From assembly GCA_048939465.1 (NCBI GenBank), contig JBHLPL010000034.1:1-17866 (forward strand): a stretch of 17,866 nt of DNA, written 5' to 3'. Source of the DNA: Promethearchaeota archaeon (GTDB lineage Archaea; Asgardarchaeota; Odinarchaeia; Odinarchaeales; JBHLKK01). Below, one piece after another: positions 14,101-17,866 of the stretch; positions within the stretch are counted from its first letter, which is position 1; each line of letters opens with the position of its first letter. The translations under genes and the position numbers were made by a program. The notes beneath the pieces were generated by a model. It was not told the origin of the DNA. It did not search any database and saw only the letters and a program-made list of their open reading frames with translations.

Positions 14101-17100
14101 CTGTGTTGTGCCCAACACCAGGGTTACCATCTCCGGAGGTAGTACGTATCAAATCGGAGACTTAGAAAAGGATGGAAAGTGGCGGCGCATTAGGTTGATG
14201 TCTTCAACTTGGAATGTGCCAAATAATCATCAAACAGACGCTATCTATCCAACAGTGGCGAGATTCATAAAAAACAAGGCTAACGGACGCCCATTTAAGC
14301 TCTATAACATCAAGACAGATACTGGTCGCACAATATCAGCGACAGCAGACCACCCATTCTATACCGACCAGGGTCGACTGGAAGCTAAGAGACTTACACA
14401 TGGAACGAAAGCTGCCGTATTGCCTGCAGCGCTTCAGCGACCTGACTGGGGGTCGGAGGTCGGTGGTAATGATATTATCATAAGCGAAAAAGGAATTATT
14501 GAGGCTTGCCCACCGCACTCCAAAGTCCAGCTTCACTGTAACTTCCTGAAGAAGCTGGGATTGATCCCCCTCAGGAGAAGCGATCCACGTTATAGAATTC
14601 TGCTTCGTCTTTTGGCCTTCCTTTATGGTGATGGGCACTTATCTTTTAGGATCCGTGAGGGCAGGTCTGGTAAGCCCAAATCGGATGTTTCAGTTCATTT
14701 TGTCGGTCAAGTAGAAGACCTGAAAGATATTCAGACTGATATTGCCATGCTTGGCTTCCGAAGTTCCAAGATATACACTTCAAAGGCCGAATCTGTCCTT
14801 CCAGACAGAATAATTAAAGGCAAGACTTCCAAGATTGTATGTTACCAAAAACCCTTCTGGGTCCTTATGAAGGGGCTTGGTGCTCCTGTTGGAGATAAGC
14901 AAAAGCAAGATTTCTCCGTCCCCGAATGGCTTTTTAATGCATCCGGAGCGGAGATTAGAGAGTTTTTGGCTGCGTTTTTTGGATGTGAAATGCTTAAGCC
15001 GCTAGTTGACAAGAGAACAGGAAAGGTCTTTGTCCCTCCTTCCATCAAGATGTCAAAGGAAATCTCCATGATTGAGTCACTCCGAGAATTCTTTATGGAC
15101 ATAAAGAGACTGGCCGAACGTTTTGATATCCAGTTTCCTGAAAAAGTTATCACTCCTAAAGAAAAATTCGTACGTAAGGATGGGACAGTTACGCAAAAAC
15201 TTCAATTGAACTTCTCGGGCTCAGTTGAAAACCTAGCCAAGCTATGGGGAAAGATTGGCTATACCTATAACAGAGAACGGGAATGTCTCGCTCAACGTGC
15301 TTATGGCTATCTACATAGGCATTTGATGGCTCGTTCTAAACGACAAGAAGCTGCAAGGTATGTTATGGGAAGAAGACGGGTGCTAGATGGAACTCCAACT
15401 GAAAAAGCGAGAATCATTATGAAGGAACTTAAAGATCTAGGACTACTTCAATTTGTTCGTCTTCACGATATCGTCAACTGGATAAAGACTCGTATAGAGC
15501 CCTCCTCAGCTCGTGTATCAGAGATAGATTCTCCATCATTTGATGAATGGGTAGCTCAAGCTGCGATGAATCTAGAAGGTGATGCTGGTCTAATCTGGGA
15601 GACTGTAGAAACTGTTAATATTAAGATTACCGAACCCTCTCAGATTGTTGAAGATGTGACCATGGCGGACAGAAATCATAACTTCTTTGTCAACGGTTTT
15701 CTAACCGGAAACTGTGGTCTCGTCAAGAATCTTGCCCTGATGGCCTACATCTCCGTCGGGACGGATGAGGGGGTTGTCGAAAATGTCCTGTTAAATCTCG
15801 GGGTTTATCCTGCAGAGGAGGTTATTAAAGACAAAACGAAGAGAGGAGCTCAAGTATTTCTGAACGGGAGGCTTGTCGGCGTTCATCCTAAGGCAAAGGA
15901 ACTCGTCACAAAATTGAGAGCGATACGTAGAAAGGGGGAAATTGACGACGAGGTCAACGCAGCATATGACGCTGAAACCAACGAAGTTCAGATCAACTGT
16001 GACTCGGGAAGAGCCAGAAGACCTCTGATAATCGTAGAGGATGGCGTGCCTAAAATCAAGCCAGAGCAAATAGAGCAGTTGAGAAATAGGGAGATAGTGT
16101 TCAGTGACCTAGTGGCAAAAGGAATCGTGGAATATCTAGATTCAGAAGAGGAAGAGAACTCGTTTATTGCGCTTGACCCCAAGGATTTGACCCCTGAGCA
16201 CACACATCTCGAAATAGCGCCTTCCGCGATACTTGGCATAACAGCATCAACGACACCCTTCCCTGAATATAACCAGTCTCCCCGTAATGTTTACCAAGCA
16301 GGAATGAGCAAGCAAGCCCTCGGAATCTATGCCACGAACTATCGACACAGAGTCGATACAAGAAGCCATCTCCTTCATTATCCTCAAAGACCGATTGTAG
16401 AGACTGAGGCAATGGACGCTGTAGGTTTTGCCAGCAGACCAGCTGGCCAGAATCTGATTGTGGCTGTCCTCAGCTTCCAAGGATACAACCTGGAAGATGC
16501 TCTAGTTATTAACAAGGCATCAATAGAACGAGGCGTTGGGAGAGGAACCTTTTTCAGATCATACGAGGCAGAAGAAAGGAAGTACCCTGGGGGTCAGGAG
16601 GATAGATTCGAAATTCCGGAAAAAAGTGTTCGTGGGTATCGTATAGCCGAAGCCTATCGCCACCTGTCTGAGGATGGTATCATTGAGCCCGAAATGGAAG
16701 TAACAGGTGGTGATGTGTTGATAGGACGATCAAGCCCTCCGAGGTTTCTTGAAGAGTATTCCGAATTTGAAGCCATCTCGCCGATAAGGCGCGAGACCTC
16801 GATAAACATGAGACATGGCGAAAGGGGTGTGGTCGATACTGTTATACTTTCTGAAACGATGGACGGGAGTAAGTTAATCAAGATTAAAGTTAGGGATCAA
16901 CGGATACCTGAACTCGGAGACAAGTTTGCGTCCAGACATGGCCAAAAAGGAGTTATTGGTTTAATAGTTCCACAGGAAGATATGCCTTTTACAGGAGAGG
17001 GGATAGTACCAGATCTCATAGTAAACCCGCACGCAATACCGTCCCGTATGACGGTTGGACAGATAATGGAGGGGTTGGCAGGAAAGGTTGGTGCCCTCAG

Positions 17101-17632
17101 AGGAGATGTAGAAGGAATTAACGGCAACGCGTTTAGCGGGGAAAAAGGAGAAGTCCTTTTTAAGATGCTCAAAGAATTGGGCTTTAAGCCCACTGGACGC
17201 GAAGTAATGTACGATGGAATGACTGGCAGAAAATACATCGTAGACGTTTTTATGGCTGTCGTATACTACCAGAAACTGCACCACATGGTTGCAGATAAGA
17301 TGCACGCCCGTGCTCGCGGTCCTGTACAGATATTGACCAGACAACCGACGGAGGGTAGAGCAAGAGAAGGTGGACTACGCTTCGGTGAAATGGAACGGGA
17401 CTGTCTAATAGGGCACGGTGCAGCATTGGTCTTGAAAGAACGGTTACTTGATGAATCGGATAAATACAATATGCTGATCTGCGAAAACTGTGGCACCATT
17501 GGTGTCTATGACAGGAATAAAGACAGATACTATTGTCCTATTTGTGGAGATAAGGGGAAGGTCTCACAGGTTTCAGTTTCTTATGCCTTCAAACTTTTGC
17601 TCCAAGAACTCATGTCTTTCGATTTCCCCTGA
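11153..17632 (+). CDS. rpoB: DNA-directed RNA polymerase subunit B (unsplit) precursor with two inteins; about 1112 aa after splicing; last few codons probably non-native
   Basis: [44 protein letters not shown]|[10 protein letters not shown]|[48 protein letters not shown], zinc site CENC...[17 protein letters not shown]. Confidence 0.97.
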   Translation: MARAIDRWELMTTFFEEKGLVRQHLDSYNSFIKEGLQQIVEEVGRIEPDIEGFCVEFGKIRVEEPNVTEADGSVKKVSPSEARIRNLTYSAPIYLEMTPVLQDSETGIEERGETIDIYIGRIPIMLKSERCGLAHLSPENLVKVNEDPRDPGGYFIVNGSERVLVTQEDLAPNRILTEEAGSSSSATHVAKVFSTARGFRAPVTLERTKDNELRVSFPSIPGKIPLIILVRALGLITDKEVIETFSEDFEIRRELIPTLEAAAPIYVPKDREETRRNALDYIGRRVAIGQTIEYRLRRAEQVLDRYLLPHIGMRQEDRIRKAYYLTQMAQRLIELILGKRAKDDKDHYSNKRLKLAGELLTSLFRVAFLNLVRDVKYQLERTAVRGRKPNIRTAVRADVITERLKHALATGNWVGGKAGVSQLLDRTNYISTLSHLRRIVSPLSRSQPHFEARDLHPTHWGRICVAPSTLVTMADKVTQTPISDLEQNYSEKTVATVNLADFRIVPSTLHDYQKFSPIKLNKRVYRITTISGRTIEATADHPFFTLRGWVSGKDLNVNDKVLVFPGIEPIEIEPILESQGEILSEKEFLEGEWITKLTSSERKRLAGYAEELKEKGLLPLKNTNPKLPIVARLFGYIITDGSVGKTVEFYCGCREDVKDIQTDLLELGFKPTSISTKIGTFPVDGEELTYTTERTTKGGSFLSLMLALGCPRGKRVSQPSVFPKWVPNSSLLVQREFLAGYLGGDGSAPRFYRRSEEDRKDSYKIKLDRIAGHKEKEFASTLREFFEKMRNSFRNFNIKTLGIGSKSLDDEKIQVGLQFSQEHSNIVKIAKLIGFRYCKEKQSKAALVQEYLNYKEWEISIRSKYVQEAITLFKNGVTKREIAKHLSLKFNRNITHRAIDGLLLRIDERKKLVMPKSSMNINDFLLETCADFDNGFLYLPIDRIEESRLEDVRDFTTVSKNHNFIANGFLTHNCPNETPEGPNCVVPNTRVTISGGSTYQIGDLEKDGKWRRIRLMSSTWNVPNNHQTDAIYPTVARFIKNKANGRPFKLYNIKTDTGRTISATADHPFYTDQGRLEAKRLTHGTKAAVLPAALQRPDWGSEVGGNDIIISEKGIIEACPPHSKVQLHCNFLKKLGLIPLRRSDPRYRILLRLLAFLYGDGHLSFRIREGRSGKPKSDVSVHFVGQVEDLKDIQTDIAMLGFRSSKIYTSKAESVLPDRIIKGKTSKIVCYQKPFWVLMKGLGAPVGDKQKQDFSVPEWLFNASGAEIREFLAAFFGCEMLKPLVDKRTGKVFVPPSIKMSKEISMIESLREFFMDIKRLAERFDIQFPEKVITPKEKFVRKDGTVTQKLQLNFSGSVENLAKLWGKIGYTYNRERECLAQRAYGYLHRHLMARSKRQEAARYVMGRRRVLDGTPTEKARIIMKELKDLGLLQFVRLHDIVNWIKTRIEPSSARVSEIDSPSFDEWVAQAAMNLEGDAGLIWETVETVNIKITEPSQIVEDVTMADRNHNFFVNGFLTGNCGLVKNLALMAYISVGTDEGVVENVLLNLGVYPAEEVIKDKTKRGAQVFLNGRLVGVHPKAKELVTKLRAIRRKGEIDDEVNAAYDAETNEVQINCDSGRARRPLIIVEDGVPKIKPEQIEQLRNREIVFSDLVAKGIVEYLDSEEEENSFIALDPKDLTPEHTHLEIAPSAILGITASTTPFPEYNQSPRNVYQAGMSKQALGIYATNYRHRVDTRSHLLHYPQRPIVETEAMDAVGFASRPAGQNLIVAVLSFQGYNLEDALVINKASIERGVGRGTFFRSYEAEERKYPGGQEDRFEIPEKSVRGYRIAEAYRHLSEDGIIEPEMEVTGGDVLIGRSSPPRFLEEYSEFEAISPIRRETSINMRHGERGVVDTVILSETMDGSKLIKIKVRDQRIPELGDKFASRHGQKGVIGLIVPQEDMPFTGEGIVPDLIVNPHAIPSRMTVGQIMEGLAGKVGALRGDVEGINGNAFSGEKGEVLFKMLKELGFKPTGREVMYDGMTGRKYIVDVFMAVVYYQKLHHMVADKMHARARGPVQILTRQPTEGRAREGGLRFGEMERDCLIGHGAALVLKERLLDESDKYNMLICENCGTIGVYDRNKDRYYCPICGDKGKVSQVSVSYAFKLLLQELMSFDFP
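12542..14071 (+). mobile_element. Intein 1 in RpoB (510 aa, residues 464-973) with LAGLIDADG homing endonuclease
   Basis: Begins CVAPST; block B ATADHPF; LAGLIDADG-like [11 protein letters not shown] and [12 protein letters not shown]; ends [12 protein letters not shown], +1 residue Cys. Confidence 0.93.
14102..15712 (+). mobile_element. Intein 2 in RpoB (537 aa, residues 984-1520) with LAGLIDADG homing endonuclease
   Basis: Begins CVVPNT; block B ATADHPF; [11 protein letters not shown] and [10 protein letters not shown]; ends [12 protein letters not shown], +1 residue Cys. Confidence 0.92.
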
Positions 17633-17866
17633 ATGGGGCCATTACTGAATCCCCCCCCTCAGGCGCTATCCCTTCTTTTTTCAAAGTTTTGACTAAAGTC
17701 AGCAAAATTATTTTTATATCCAGAAATAATGAATAATTGTCAACATACCAAACGTCATACTCAAATCGTTGTTGCCAATCAAGAGAATTTCTGCCTTTAA
17801 CTTGGGCCCAACCCGAGATTCCAGGTTTGACTTCATGTCTTCGCGCCTGCTCAGGTGAATACAAAG
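17610..17866 (-). CDS. 3' fragment of a bacterial-type sugar transferase (PglC/EpsL/WcaJ-like phosphoglycosyl transferase), running off the window edge
   Basis: [25 protein letters not shown]...[19 protein letters not shown] is the conserved C-terminus of the Bac_transf family. No true start in the window. Confidence 0.85.
   Translation of the reverse strand, partial: LYSPEQARRHEVKPGISGWAQVKGRNSLDWQQRFEYDVWYVDNYSLFLDIKIILLTLVKTLKKEGIAPEGGDSVMAPFRGNRKT

Noticed and set aside
1363-17499. Numerous short antisense or overlapping ORFs in the ORF track (e.g. 6186-6812, 9035-9442, 11104-11502)
   Set aside because: They are shadows of well-supported genes on the opposite strand or frame, with no independent motifs.
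17610-17841. TCATGTCTT repeated at 17610-17618 and 17833-17841 as a target-site duplication
   Set aside because: The second copy encodes the conserved RHE of the sugar transferase and the ORF runs through it. At most it is microhomology favouring a chimera.
1-17866. CRISPR array, cas genes, rRNA genes, tnpA/tnpB ORFs
   Set aside because: No regularly spaced repeats or matching protein motifs were seen.

Overview
Archaeal chromosomal window. The unsplit RpoB, TATA/BRE promoters and tRNAs with non-canonical introns suggest a TACK- or Asgard-like lineage (inference). Gene order: ATP citrate lyase beta and alpha subunits, NADP isocitrate dehydrogenase, M29 aminopeptidase (-), MFS transporter (-), membrane-anchored 7-repeat propeller glycoprotein, dCMP deaminase, ATP-cone/Mrr-like nuclease (-), divergent tRNA-Tyr (-) and tRNA-Asp (+), and rpoB. 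The last ~250 nt switch abruptly to a bacterial-type sugar transferase fragment, probably a chimeric junction. Three things stand out. (1) The 298-bp gap between aclA and icd looks like a non-autonomous IS200/IS605-type element. It has two related terminal hairpins, and removing it exactly restores a coupled aclA-stop/icd-start (ATGA) junction with its own SD. It may be an orphan TnpB omegaRNA locus. (2) tRNA-Tyr has three introns, including a strict BHB intron at position 8/9, and its 5' leader is complementary to its own 3' acceptor/CCA end. (3) RpoB carries two related full-length LAGLIDADG inteins separated by only a 10-residue extein in the ETPEG loop. All structures were derived by hand and need computational confirmation.
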